Notes under the pieces: model-generated
The model's input: only the letters and a program-made list of their open reading frames with translations
Told to the model about the DNA's origin: nothing
Databases searched by the model: none
Shown here: piece after piece, positions 45,190-57,773 of the stretch
Layout: the number at the start of each line of letters is the position of its first letter
Position numbering within the stretch: the first letter of the stretch is position 1
Origin: Macrostomum hystrix
Taxonomy: Eukaryota; Animalia; Platyhelminthes
Assembly (NCBI GenBank): GCA_950097015.1
Contig: CATNEN010000009.1
Location: forward strand, 1,722,898 to 1,786,897
Direction of reading: 5' to 3'
DNA length: 64,000 bases
Made by a program: the position numbers and the translations under genes

Positions 45190-47284
45190 GTTTGTCCCAA
45201 ATCCAACACAAGCTGCTCATAGCACTGCCATATCCTCTGCTTCTGCCCCAGGAAAACCGTTTCCTGGTGTTAATTGCTTCGGTAACATGCTCAACCTGCT
45301 GCAGAGGGAGCTGCAGTTCCAGTACCGGATCTCCCTGGTCGCAGACGGGATTTTCGGCTCCCGAGTTGGAACCAACAGCTGGAACGGCATGATCGGTCAG
45401 ATCGTCACTCTGGTATTTTTGGCCTTGTGAGCCTTCCATTGGAGTGGCTCAATCTGAGTCTGTGTGTCTCGATTCACTGCAGTTTTTAACAATGGGTTGC
45501 ATCGACAGCTAACTTGTGAATGAGTTTATCAGCCGCTGATGATCGGCTTTTCATGCCTTGCAAATCAGCCAGTTTTAACTACGAGTTATCCGTTCATGCA
45601 TCCGTTCGCATTCTGGTCCCTGGCTTGGTGGCTTTTCGCCCTCGCTACGGCCTGTTGCTACACGGCCTGTCTGGCTTCCCGACTAATGTTCAGCGAGCCG
45701 GTCGAATCCCGAAAGTACAGCAGCCTACGTGAGGTGCTGGAGCAGTCGACCGTGCCCTTACTCATTATCAGAGGGGGCACGACTAGCAAATGGACAAGCG
45801 TGAGTGACACGAAAGGCAAATCAATGCTTTGAAAAGTTTTGCTAGCGATGATGAAGTAGAAAATGGCGATGAGTTTCTTAAACATATGGTCGCATTGAAT
45901 GATTTTTATTGCATCACCCATAGACAGTTGAAGCAAGCAACAATTATTTAGTCTGAGCGTGCAGCAATGCTCCAACAGTCTATGGCCAAAGTTATCGGCA
46001 CAGTAAACACAGTAATCCACATCTAGGGACACAGGGCTGAGCCTCATACACAAGTTATTTCTCGAGAAGTTCATATGTAAAAGAATGTCAGAAAAACAAT
46101 TTCAGACTTCAAACCAGCCCGACCTCAGAAGGCTGGGTGAGTTGGCGATGTCAAGACCCGAGAGCGTGGTGAATACGAGCTCGTAGCAGCTTCGAGGCCG
46201 TGACGAAGGTGAAGCACGATGACTATATTTTTATTGGCGAGCAGGGCTCCACCGAATACATCGCTGCAATGGAGTGCGACCTGGAGTCAGTGCCCACCGG
46301 ACTGCTGACCCGAGACTACGGACTGGCCATTGCAAAGGCTGAGAGTCATAGCTTGTTGAAATATAAGCAAGCATTCTATAAAATCGCGTCCATTACAATA
46401 AAATTATTTCTCATGCCTAAATGCAACTAATGTCTCTGCTTTGTGATGACCGATTCATAAGAATTATTAATCAAATTTTTTTATTCATGTCGACTTGTCA
46501 TGGAAATTTTATCCGTTAGGGCCAACACTCAAGGCACAGGGAGAGAGCACACAGCCTGGTGTTGAGAAAGTCTGGGCAGAGGTACACCTGCGTGTGTGCG
46601 TGTGAGTGCCTGTGTAACACTCTGAATAAGCTGAGGGGCCAGTGGAATGGGCAGAAATATTTCCTTGCTGATTGCGGGTCGACTGTCGCCAAACGTTTGC
46701 GGCAATGCCAGCAGAACAGCCCTAAATAATATTATATAAAAAGACGCATGCTTGGCCAACTGGGGCCGTACGTTTTCTTCGCACCACACTAAACTACTCT
46801 CGTGCGGACTTCATACTTTACAGCTAAGGTGTTGGCACCTGCCGCCCGCAGGCTCCCCGTTGAAGCAGCCTCTGGACGCGGCGATAATTTAACTAAAGAC
46901 GAATGGCGACCTCGACAACGCGATAGCGCGCTGGTTTAGAAAATCCTTCTGGTATTGTGCGCCCAAGCAGCAGCGCAGCCCAGCGCCAAGGTCGCTCAGA
47001 CCAGGCGATCTGCTCGGCATTTTTCTGCTGCTGCTTTTTGCTGCTCTTGTGCCAGCCGCAACCGCGCTGGTTGAGCTGCGATTCCGTGCCAGCGGCCCGC
47101 GGGTAAGTCGTGTTGCTTCTGTTGGGAAGATCAACAATTCGATATGCGGGGTGTGCAGATAAATTCAGATAATATTTTGTGCACTTGACAAACCATGCAA
47201 TTCATTCAGGCTGAGTCAACACCACCACAGCAGGAACTCGCCACCGTTACGACGGATGGAACAGCCGGACAGCCCTCAGTGTGA
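45190..47284 (+). pseudogene. Ionotropic glutamate receptor / IR-like pseudogene (S1, M3, S2, M4; no recognisable M1/M2)
   Basis: S1 LQFQYRISLVADGIFG...WNGMIGQ; M3 SVRIL/SLAWWLFALATACCYTACLASRL; S2 YIFIGEQGSTEY...CDL...YGLAIAK; M4 GDLLGIFLLLLF. Lesions: in-frame TAA 46890-46892, frameshifts near 45618 and 46185, and the expected donor after AAG G (about 46339) reads CT instead of GT. Confidence 0.8.
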
Positions 47285-48811
47285 TTACGAGCGTATGTTC
47301 TTTGCCTTGTTTAAACAAAAAAATAATTTTCTACATTGCCTACACAATGCATACATTTGCAAGCATAACACTAAGAACATTTGTGCATTATGTACGTAAA
47401 AAGTAAACTGAGTTATTTTTCTTTTTTGTAAAATTGAGCTGTAGACATGCACTAGTACAGCATTGTCCGTATAACAAAATAGCTAGCTTTTGCATGCATC
47501 TACATCAAACAAATTACTTATAAACTAGGTAGGACATCTAGAATACTAGTACTCTATAATAGTGGTACTAGTATAGAAAGATTAGTATTCTAGAAATATA
47601 AAAAGTCCTTGAAACTAAGGTTTCATAGCTTGCCTATTGTGCTTTTTAAGTATTGTTACACTTACACACCGTCAATACGATTGAAAATGTATCGGCTTTC
47701 AATAAGAATCGATTTAAAACAAACGGATACTCTATTTTACTTTAAACTATCAACTGCTAGTGAAGAATTAGACGTTTTTTACGAAATGCTTACTAGTTTT
47801 CTCAGTTTAACTTAAAATAATTATAGATAGCGCGAAGAGGTCTGATCATTATTAAAAAATGAACCGTAATTTGCACGTGTGCAGTCAGAGTGCATAAGTT
47901 ACTCTCGAGCTTACGCTTGATATAAATATGCAATTTTCTATGCTTAACATTCGTCAGGATGTCAGGTACCCTTCGTCAGGTACCCTTCATTCGAAATACT
48001 GATTTTAATACGTTGTTTATGCTATTAGTTCTTTGCATAGAGTTTTACTTGGAATACATTTTGCCACTATTTGTTACTGTTGACTTGTTAACTGGCTTTT
48101 ATTTTATCTCTGCAAATGAAGAGAGTCATTGCTATATCAATCTAAGCTGAATATTGCATATACAGCCTAATGCTGTTTTTAATAGGTATGATGTAGTTAG
48201 CTATTGTTAAAAAGTTTTATTTTATTGTGATAAGCTGTATAAGACAGTCAAGTGGTCCCTAAAGCAAGGTTTTAATGATATTTCTCTTTATAAAGGTTCT
48301 CTTTCATGATATAGTTTTACTTTAGTTTCACTTTTATATTATAATGTGATTGTAATTTACCTATATGTTTATAATGTTATTTTGGCTTTTATATTGTTAG
48401 CCATTACAAATATTCAAACTCTACAGTAGTAGGCCCTACTCAGTAGTGCAGTACTACAGTAGGCCTAGTAGTTATTTATGGCTAGCAAATTATTATTTAA
48501 ACTATTGGCCCTACTGGACTTTATTCTCTATGATATATTATACTGCAAAAAACTAAAAATGTCAAGTACAATTGTTGTTAACTCAGTGCTACATTTAAAA
48601 CATATGCTTGCCTAGGTAGTTGTTTTTCTAGCCTACCTGTCTAGCCTACCTACCTAAAGAATGGTCTTTTAAAATATGCTATAAAATAGCTTCAGAGGTG
48701 TTTTCTAACTTTTATCATATTATATTACTAGTGTATTTTATATAGTAAGATTAATATAGAGCCCTTTAACTAGATATAAGTGGTTTGTTAGTGATATTAG
48801 TAATATAAGAA

Positions 48812-49085
48812 GCTGTAGCCCTGTGGTTAGAGTGTCAGACTCACGACTTAAAGGTGGGGTTTGATTCCTCGCTCTACTGGAACAATTTGTGTCTTTTAGC
48901 AAGACACTTAACTCTGCATTGCTTCAGTTCACCCAGCTGTTAAATGGGTACCAGCATTAGCTAGGATAATTGAAGGTGGGTGTGGCATCTCCCAGTCCAT
49001 GGACTGATCAGCCATATGCAGCCTTCAGATGCACCACACAATAGCTGCAGCTGTGCTGTTGGCTGTGCACATCTGGCCCAATTGG
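48812..49085 (+). mobile_element. tRNA-derived SINE, family A, near full length
   Basis: A box TAGCCCTGTGGTTAGAG, B-box-like GGGTTTGATTCC, and centre GCAAGACACTTAACTC...CAGCTGTTAAATGGGTACC similar to the CORE-type consensus. Confidence 0.8.
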
Positions 49086-51200
49086 ACATGTGTAATCAAT
49101 TATTAATTAATTAATTATTAGTGAAATTAGTTATAAAGCCATATATATAGAGCATCAAGCCATTTTTTTCCTGACCAGTTGACCTAGTCTTTGTTAATAT
49201 CTAACTCTTAATTTTAAGCTTATATTTGTTTTATTTGTCTTAACACACAGACTATGTAATATTAATGATGATAATTGAAACACAAAGTTTCAATCAGAAA
49301 GCTTTTCTGATAATGTACATATGCTTGTATATAAACAGTTTCAATAGTCTACTTGTACAATACACATGTACATCAACATTTTTAGTGAGTGATATTTCTT
49401 CAGGCTTATCTTTCCATACTGTGTGCATAGCTTCCATTAACAATTTAGGTATTATTAGTTTTGTTACATGGATGATGGAAATCACGTGATTTTCAATTCT
49501 GAGCTCTTGGTCTCAGCTGGGATAGAGACATGAAAAACTCTACAGACTGCTCCAGTCCCTGCCTGATGGATTGGCTGCCATCTGAAGTCCTGACGCGGAT
49601 CCTGGCGATGCTGGACCAAACCAGCCGCGCCCGCTGCGCCCAAGCTGAGGCCGCCGCTGGTACAATCTCGCCATGCAACCTCGGCTGTGGCGCCGACTCG
49701 TCATTTACGGCAAGCCTTCGGTGATCACCGCGGAGTTGCTAGGCCGTATCTCGAGCTGGATGTCCGGCTCGCTGCTGGAGCTGGACTTTCGTGTCCGCAG
49801 TGGATGCGTGGCTGCCCTGCTATCCGAGTCACTCAGCCTACAGAGCCTCACTATATACAAGCCGATGATTTGTGAAGATGCCGAGAACCCGCTGACTGCT
49901 CTGGGTCGCTGTTGTCCTCAGCTTCGAAGCCTGCGGCTGCTCGAATGCGGCAGCACGCAGGTGCTGACTGCTAACTCTGTAGCGCAGCTGCTGGCTGGCT
50001 GTCCGAAACTGTCACACTTAGAGATCTCGTTAAACAGCGAAAGATCCTTGACATTGCTTGGCAGTTTAGCGGCTCGCCTGGTTTCTCTGAACCTTCACGG
50101 CAGCTTTCCGTTCGGTGATCTTGATCTGCCCAGGTGCCCAGAGCTGACCTCCTTAACCGTTTGGAGGCTCTTGGAGTCTGGTAAGTCTGACACACGTACG
50201 GTGAAAATGGTGCGAATGCCCTGTATACTACTTAAACACCTCTCTTATCGTCGCAAGCGACTCTAATGACTCTAGAGCCTCGTAACGAGTCGTCAGCATT
50301 GTCCGAGACGCATTCGGACGTTTTTGTAACGGCGTACTCGTATTCGAAGCGATTTGATTTTTCATTTGCTTCTTAGCTATAACTACTCAATAAGCCTAGA
50401 CGCTGGAAGCGTTTCTATTGAGGCAATCATTAGGATGATATCAGAAGGTCCTCGGAGCTTAAATCGCTGCCACCCGCTCCCATCAGGACTGGAGCCGGTG
50501 CTGCCCCGCCTGCCCTGTCTGTCCGGGCTGACGCTGCACGACTCGGACTTTATCGACGGACTCGCGAAGGCGCTGGCTGTTTCCTGCCCCGGCCTCCGCT
50601 CTGTCAGGCAGGCGTCTCCTTGGTTTTGGCCTTCGAGATTTGACGGCCGATGGTCTCGTCGCGCTTCTGAAAGGCTGTCCGCAGTTTAAGCTGCCTGGAA
50701 GTGCCGTACTGCAAGCCGCTAGACAGCGCTGGCTACCGCCGCGTTGTTGGCAGCTTGCGGCCCGACTTTCAGCAGCTGGCGTCTCCTGTGCGGCAGCCTG
50801 ACCGAGGCGGATCTGCAGACTCGGCTGCCAGCGAAACTCACTCGGCTGCAGCTGGACTTCAACAACAACTGCGGCGGCATTGAAGGGCTTCGGACCGGCT
50901 TGTCGGGCTGCTCGGGTGAGGGGGCCAAGGTCTTTTTGATAATCTTCTAGAGCAGGGGTCGGCAACCTTAGGATTACGAAATTAAATTTCCGGTTACCCA
51001 TTTCTGGAATTCGCGATACTTTAGGCGAGAGGCAAAAGTTAGCCCGAAAACATTTGACACGCTTTCAATTACATAAAATAAGAAACCCTTCCTCCCTGGG
51101 AGAAAGGAGGGTCATTACTCATTGGAAGTATTACATGTACTACGCTGGCAATCATTTTCGCCAATGTTATGCGCTTGAATAAACCATGCACAGGAATGAG

Positions 51201-52981
51201 TTAGGATCGCATTTTGCAGTAGCAGCACTTTCTTTTGATGTGACAGTTGCGCACCTCGCTGAGCAGCTTCCTTGTTTCCTCGTTGATTGCGCCCGACAAC
51301 CAGCTCTCGTGATACGCCTTGAAAATGCCTGCTCGTGACCTCAAGAACAACGTCAAAGATGTGCTTCGGGAATGCCTTCTTTCCATCCGCACGTTGATTC
51401 CCCATGGTCATTTTGAAGCGCTCAAAACCTGGGATGGAAATCCTAGACAACAGCTTGGCAAAGTACCTCGCATTGTTGCTTTGAATTTTCAAGGTATGAA
51501 GCAAGCGTGGGTCTAGGGATTCAGCAGAGTAATAGACAGGACTTTGAAAGTCTCCCATTTCATCGTACTTCGATAGTGACTGACAACGTGGGTCAATCTG
51601 TCGATCGGGATTTCGACTTTCTCAATCCGCGGAGTCTCGTGGCGTGGAGTCTCGTGCCGCCGGAGTCTCAAGCCGCGGAGTCACGAGTAGCGGAGTCTCA
51701 TGCAGCGGAGTCACGGGTAGCGGAGTCTCAAGCCGCGGAGTCACGGGTAGCGGAGTCTCATGCCGCTGAGTCACGGGGTAGCGAAGTCTCATGCGCTGAG
51801 TCACGGGTAGCGGAGTCTCAAGCCGCGGAGTCACGGGTAGCGGAGTCTCATGCCGCTGAGTCACGGGTAGCGGAAGTCCCGTGCCGAAGAGTCTCAGCCG
51901 CGGAGTCTGTGAGACGGCTGTGGTCGCTTGCAAGGCTAGAAAGCATACACTTTCCTTTATCTCCGCTAAATCCTTTTGAATCAGCTTGATGCTTGTCGAA
52001 AGCTCGTTCAACTGTTCCACTATCAAAGAATTAATGGCGCCTCCTTCATTCTGTCTGAGACGGTTGAATTCCAGAATCTTATCAACACTTCCTAGCACTC
52101 TGGTTAATGATGACTCGGAGAGTGAGCTGACTGTCTCAGTCAGAGCCGGATCTCGAATGGCTGCGTTGGCAGCCGCTTCCTGCTGATTAGTTTCTGTAGG
52201 GGGCATCCGCGCGGCTGATAACTGAAGCAGGGGCAGTCTTCTGTGCCTTTGATTTCTTAAGAATTTTACTCGCCACTGTTAAAGAAGACGATGCCTTTCT
52301 CTTCAGAGTATTGGGTAGAATAGTGGAAGGGGCGGCTTGGTGCACCTTGTTGGGAACAGTAGGTTGGTGAGCATGTACATGCACATCAAGGAAGCCGCCA
52401 GTCGAAGGTGCGTGTTGTTCTTCTCTGCACTTTTTTTCTTCTTCGATGGCCTTCAACCGTGAGCTTTTGTTAAAGTCAAGTCGGCTTGCCGAACAATGGC
52501 CTTGTCATCTGAAGAAGAACAAAAATTTTACATTGCAATATCTGAACTGTACTACAATTTAGAGTCAGTTAGTGGTATAGAGGAAAGACGAAAGAGTGGA
52601 GGAGAGGATTTTGGAGAGAGAGAGAGAGAGAGAGAGAGGAGAAAGAGGGTGGTCGAAGCTGACACAGCGGGGTAGGCGAGGGCCGCCCATTAACCTTAAC
52701 CTGCCTAACTTGTATTCCGTTGCTGCGATAAAAAGTGCAGGAAAGGACTTGTGATGTTGCCTGCTTTGAAAAAATGAGTGTGCCTATGGTCAGCCCTGCT
52801 GACCATTCCGGCAGGAACGGAGATGTTGGTTTCTTCGCTCGGCAGGAAAGGTAGAGAAATAGAGAAATGAAAAGACAAGACTGAATTATGGAATGCATTA
52901 GTGAATTGAGTAGCGTATGCAGATATGAAGCTTTAGCTCACCTGACACTGCTAAGACTTCGACAAGCTGTTCGTTCTCCAT
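51201..52981 (-). pseudogene. Two-exon coiled-coil + BEN-like-domain gene inside the hAT element (frameshifted)
   Basis: Exon 1 52981-52942 (ATG GAG AAC...TCA G|gtgagc) joins in phase to exon 2 from 52508 (ttcttcttcag|AT GAC AAG). Coiled coil IVEQLNELSTSIKLIQKDLAEIKES. C-terminal NARYFAKLLSRI...TMGNQRADGKKAFPKHIFDVVLEVTSRHFQGVSRELVVG/AINEETRKL follows BEN-domain spacing. About 4 frame breaks. Confidence 0.6.
51630..51905. repeat. 30-bp coding minisatellite (PLPVTQRHET-like units) within the BEN-like gene
   Basis: Unit GAGTCTCAAGCCGCGGAGTCACGGGTAGCG x about 8; open in the gene's frame on the minus strand. Confidence 0.9.
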
Positions 52982-55399
52982 TAGTAGTTTATGTTTATTC
53001 GCTCTCCAACTTTAGGCACTGCCTGCTTAAATTCAATAGAATCTACTAGACCATCTGCGTCAAAAAGTACTAGCAACCAAATGGTCGGTTGTCTTGATGA
53101 GCGGCGGCTCATTTTCTCTTATTCTAACTAATCGTGTTTATGGCCGAAGCTGTTTCTCATCATTTCAAAATTATTTCGATTGCTGTCCAGGTGCAAGCAC
53201 TAGATTCCAGGTAGAAAATTAATTGCTGCGTGCAAGGATGGGGAATCCCAAGTGACATCGAAAACCCCTCCCCTCGGTTTATTGGCCGACACCACCAATC
53301 CGAGAAGAGCAAGCAGGGGACGCTTTCACACAGAATTCCGCGGAAATTTGGACTCATTCCGCTGACCAACTGTATATACCCCGCGGGCTAAGAGAGAATC
53401 TTAAAGACGACGGCGGGCCGCATGAAGAAAGGGGAGAGATGAGACACAGGAGAGATGAGACAGGTGAGAGATGCAGACGGGGGTGACAAGACGCAAGAGA
53501 GATGAGACGTGGGGAGATAAGACGCAAGAGAGATGAGACGTGGGAGATAAGACGCAAGAGAGATGAGATAGGGTGTACTTTAGAATAGGTGTTAGGAGGA
53601 GCTAAGGGCCGGATTTGGGAGCTTTCGAGGGCCGCATCTGGCCCGCGGGCCGGAGTTTGCCGACCCCTGTTTCTAGAGCGATGAGGAAGCACCACAAAGT
53701 TGAGTTTGTACTAGTAAATGAAAGAAAGCTGGTCAGTGATTCGGTGCACAAAACTCTTGAAGACTTGTGAGACACGAAGCTCTTAAGTCAAGTCGGTTAG
53801 TCGGCTGTCCACTTTCATTTTTTTAGGTTGTATTGCGATCGAGAGTCTCACAAGTACGTACTGGCATTGAACAACGACACATCACATTTATCCCACAGAG
53901 CTCACCCACCTAGTCCTTACTGACTGCAACGATGAGCTTTTGTCAGCGCTGCTCATCCAGCTACCCCGCCTGCGTAACCTCCGCCTCAGCAGCTGCAGTC
54001 GCCTCACCCGACAGGCCTGGGCGAAATTGCGCGAACTCTCCGCTTTCCACACGACCTGGCCGAGTTGTGGTGCTCTTCTCCATCTGCAGCGGCTCCAGTC
54101 TCACCGATGAGTCGGTCGCCGACATCTGCGCCAGTCAGATCGCCAGGGTCTGCGGTGGCTATGCCCTGGACAACTGCAAACAGCTGACTTCACAGTCTCT
54201 CACCTCCATCGTCAGCAGCTGTCCTTGGCTGACCCGCCTGGCTCTGCTGTCCTGCTATGCTATTGCGGAGCCTCATCAACTGGCATTCCGCGCCGCCTTC
54301 CAGCACCGCGTGGAACTGGAGCTTCGTGGTGCGCCCGAATGGGCCCTAGATTTGTGTGACTCGGATGCGGAGAGCTAGTCAGGCTGTTGCTCTTTCCTGA
54401 GGCTTGGTCTAGCGCTTCATTGAGCTTGTCAAACTGTCAGCGTCGATACACAAGCGACTACTTTGATGTGACTACTTTCTAATTCTTTCAAGTGCCGATT
54501 TTGTATTAATTGGCTAATTTATTTCAATGAGGGTTTTGTAGGCCAAACGCAGTTGTTGGTAGTAAACGTTCAAAGCCAAGTAGGCATCCACAATTTGTTA
54601 TATATTGAATATATTGAATGTACAGTATGAGTGTACACAACGGCAATGACGAAATTGGCATAGTAAGTGTGTGAGATTACTAAGAGAGAACCTCGTGCAG
54701 AGTTACGCAACGCATATCGCATGGCAGAACTACACAAAAGTGCACCAAAGAATAACTTAGGTCACCACAGAGGGTAAAACATGCCCTCCTTTAAACCTGC
54801 CTTGGCCTAGTTGTCAAAACGCCGAAGACTAAGGTGCTGACTGTGCGCCCAACATTCCAGCGAAGCTGACAAGTCCGTTACTTTCAGTCCGTTACCATCC
54901 CGACTTCTAATTGATAAGTCAGAAAGTCAGCAGAAATACTCTGCAGGTGCTGCATTAAGGCAATAGCACATTATGCCAGTAAATAACATATAATGCGGTA
55001 ACTTAATAAACAGTAGAACGTGTGTGTCCCATTTGGTCAGGAAAATCGTCAGCAAGCATTACTCTAATTAACAATACAACTTCCAAACTGGGGCTCTGCT
55101 CTGGCTTCTTGGATTTTGTATCGTAAAAACTAAAGCTGCGTTTTTTAATAAAGAAACGGAAGCCTTACGAGTAAACCTTCGAGCAATGGCCAGGAAACCT
55201 GTACGGAAGGCCCCGACCAGCGTGCCTCATTGTAGAGAAACTAATTCAAGCAGGAAACATGGCAACGAGCTGATGGGAAAAGTTTTGTTCCAGCCAAAAG
55301 TGAATTAAAAGACTTGACGTTGTTCCTATGTATTAAAAATCCAAAAGTATGTGATAAAATACTACTCAGCTTCTTTGTTGCAAACTGTGCAACGCAGGG

Positions 55400-56050
55400 A
55401 GACTGAGCTAATCATCTTGAGCAGCACTTTGCTGCGAGTGACTTAAATCTCTTCGACGCTACTCCGGCCTCGGAGATTGACGGAATCGAATGACTCTCGG
55501 CGTTGGACCAAATGGATTGGATATCAATCAACGTCTTCGAGAATTGGATACGGACTGAATGTATTCAACGCATGGAGACGATCCGCGAAGCTATTTATGG
55601 CATTGTCTCTCCGGGTTAGGACTGGCTGATTTCTGTTGACGTTCTCAAACCAATGCACTTTTGATACAATATGGCATGTATTTTCTCGCTAACTGCGAGC
55701 ATACGAGCTAACTTTGAAAAAGTATATTGAAAAAGCTTCGGAAAGCGGCCAAAAAGATTTTTCCGCATACTGTTCGTACTTATGAAGCTGCTGACTGGAC
55801 TTGCTGTTGTTAAAGTCGGACGTTGTAAAAAATTTGGCTAAAGACTAAACCTTTATTTACGTGTTTAGGTGGCACGTACTGAAGTAGGTCGTCCGTTCTG
55901 ATTCAACATAGAATCCCGCTCGTTGTCATAGGCAGGACTCGGCAAAGTTTTTCATGAAGAAAGATGAAACGTTTTCAGACCGAAAAGAATTGTCCAAAGC
56001 ACGACGGAAGACTTTCCAGTAGGGGTTGAATTCAGAGCCCAGACTGCTTA
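55400..56050 (+). mobile_element. Decayed non-LTR retrotransposon RT-proximal fragment
   Basis: Stop-ridden translation IREAIYGIVSPG*DWLISVDVLK...MACIFSL...RILFVLMKLLT...LSKA resembles the LINE SPGxD..VLK / RPISLL..KL / DLSKAFD series. Confidence 0.35.
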
Positions 56051-56566
56051 TGAGAGCAACATTTTTTGCTGCAAATTAAACTGTGAGGGGGACTGTCTCA
56101 TGTCTAACAAAGAATCTGTGAGCTGCGGCCGGAAGGATGTGACTCCGCGTGACTCCATGCTTGCACTGGAGTTCCGCGGAATTGGCGACGCACTCTAGAA
56201 AACTCGTTGCAATAGTGCTTTTACTTTTTAATCAGTATCTTAAAAAGTAATGAAAGACGGATAAAATCGTAGCAAAGTTGTTAACAAACTTCGTTTTATA
56301 AACAAAGCACGAACTGACGTCTGTACTTTGAATTCGACTGAGGATCGTGTACGCATAGTAAAAGTGTTAATTTAGTGGTCAGGCAAAGCCAGGGTAAGAT
56401 GAGACGGACTTTAACTACTTCTGACTTAAAGATAAGGTAAGTAAGGCATTTCTCATGTCGTCTTTAACAGGGTTCATCGGACGTGATAGCATATGCTTAT
56501 TCGTTGCTTGGGTCTTGTCAAAAATTTCAGTAAATAACCAGTATCCTTAGTTGCCGCTTGGTTGCA

Positions 56567-57773
56567 TCATCCGCCGCAGAGATTTTCGAGTTCTAGGAAC
56601 TGATTAAGGGTGAGCGATGCTGTGACGAAGCCCCAGCACTCAAGCCAGCCGTTGAATGGCGCTGGCCCGGCGGTATTGCAGTCGCCGATACGAAGACAGT
56701 TGAAGCTATCCATTGCAGCGGGGTCGCTGCCGAATGTCTTTGGCGAGTCGGTGTCATACAGCACACCATTCATGTAGACATGAGATTCATAGTTCGACCC
56801 GGTGAAGCTCACTCCGAGGGAGACAGTTTTTAAGATCCCATCCGTGACCAGCCCGGTGTTGGAGATGATCTCAGTGTACTGTTTGGAGCCGTCCACTAAG
56901 TAATGCCTAGACTGGATTTGACCGTCGGCTCGGGTGTTGAAGTGGCTCACGGAGGCGCTTGAGAGACAGCTGCTAAAGGAGCTGAGACACTTTGCTCTAA
57001 AAGTCAATGACGATGTAAAACTAAGTCACTGGTTTTATTTATTTAAAAAGACTTCTGACTTGGATTTTCTTACTCTGAAGTCGCAGCTAGCTTTCCTCGA
57101 AAGTAAATAGTAAACTTATTGTTCAGTAAGATGTACTGACTAAAGCCATTCGTGCTGACAGCAATGAAGGAGCTGGAGCTAGTGTTTAGGCGAACACCGT
57201 TGAGAGGGTCCTGCTGGGCAATGTTTTGAGGTACAGCTGTGTAGAGAGAGCCGGCCAGATTGGAGAAGCCCACTTTAAAGTTGTACCAAATCACTACTCT
57301 CGAGGCGAAGCTCAAGGCTGAAATTCCAGGAACTGCGACAGTCGCCGGTCGGGCCGTCAAGTTTTCTGTCAACGGCATGCTTCTGGCTGCAAATCATAAA
57401 AAAGGGAGCAGTGGCCTCTTAATTTTCTACAAACTAGAGGTTAAAACAAGAAAGTGCTCTTACTGGAACCACTACCTGTCCGTTTCCGTCTCACACTCAT
57501 TCTGGGGCTGCAGCCGGGAGTCGAAGGCGGTTGGGCTGCCAGGCTGTAGCATTCGGAGCTATCTTTTAGGTATACGGAGAGGCGACAGTCGCCACTCAAA
57601 GTGCAGCGAAGCACACATTCCGACTCACTCGGAGTCGACACGGCCGCCTCAGGCAGAGCCGATGGGCAGTCGGAGGTCACCAGGTCGTACACAGCAGAGC
57701 AAGCTTCGTACGCCATCGTTGAACCAATTAGAAGCACAAAGAGCGACAGTTTCCAAATGTTACTGGCAATCAT
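56567..57773 (-). CDS. Secreted protein with PAN/apple-like and LamG/ConA-like domains. Exons 57773-57476, 57386-57073, 56981-56567 (approximate).
   Basis: Signal peptide MIASNIWKLSLFVLLIGSTMA; PAN-like SESECVLRCTLSGDCRLSVYLKDSSECY; LamG-like VYMNGVL...LRIG...FNGWLECWGF. GT-AG introns join in phase (1, then 2) with no lesions. Confidence 0.75.

Larger units (their letters stand above)
50953..53669. mobile_element. Non-autonomous hAT (Charlie-type) DNA transposon, 2717 bp, in the last intron of the F-box gene
   Basis: 13-bp TIR CAGGGGTCGGCAA ... TTGCCGACCCCTG. 8-bp TSD TTCTAGAG at 50945-50952 and 53671-53678 (one extra T at 53670), fitting the Charlie NTCTAGAN target. Subterminal GGGCCGCATCTGGCCCGCGGGCCG motif. 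No transposase motifs seen. Confidence 0.88.
49530..54378 (+). pseudogene. F-box/leucine-rich-repeat protein (FBXL-like) with several frameshifts. Exons about 49530-50180, 50487-50607, 50685-50915, 53899-54378.
   Basis: F-box DWLPSEVLTRILAMLDQTSRARCAQ/RRWYNLAMQPRLWRRL; LRR units LRSLRLLECGS, LSHLEISLN, LRNLRLSSCSRLT, LDNCKQLTSQSLTSIVSSCPWLTRLAL. Frame breaks near 49648, 50734, 54045 and 54070. Confidence 0.75.
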
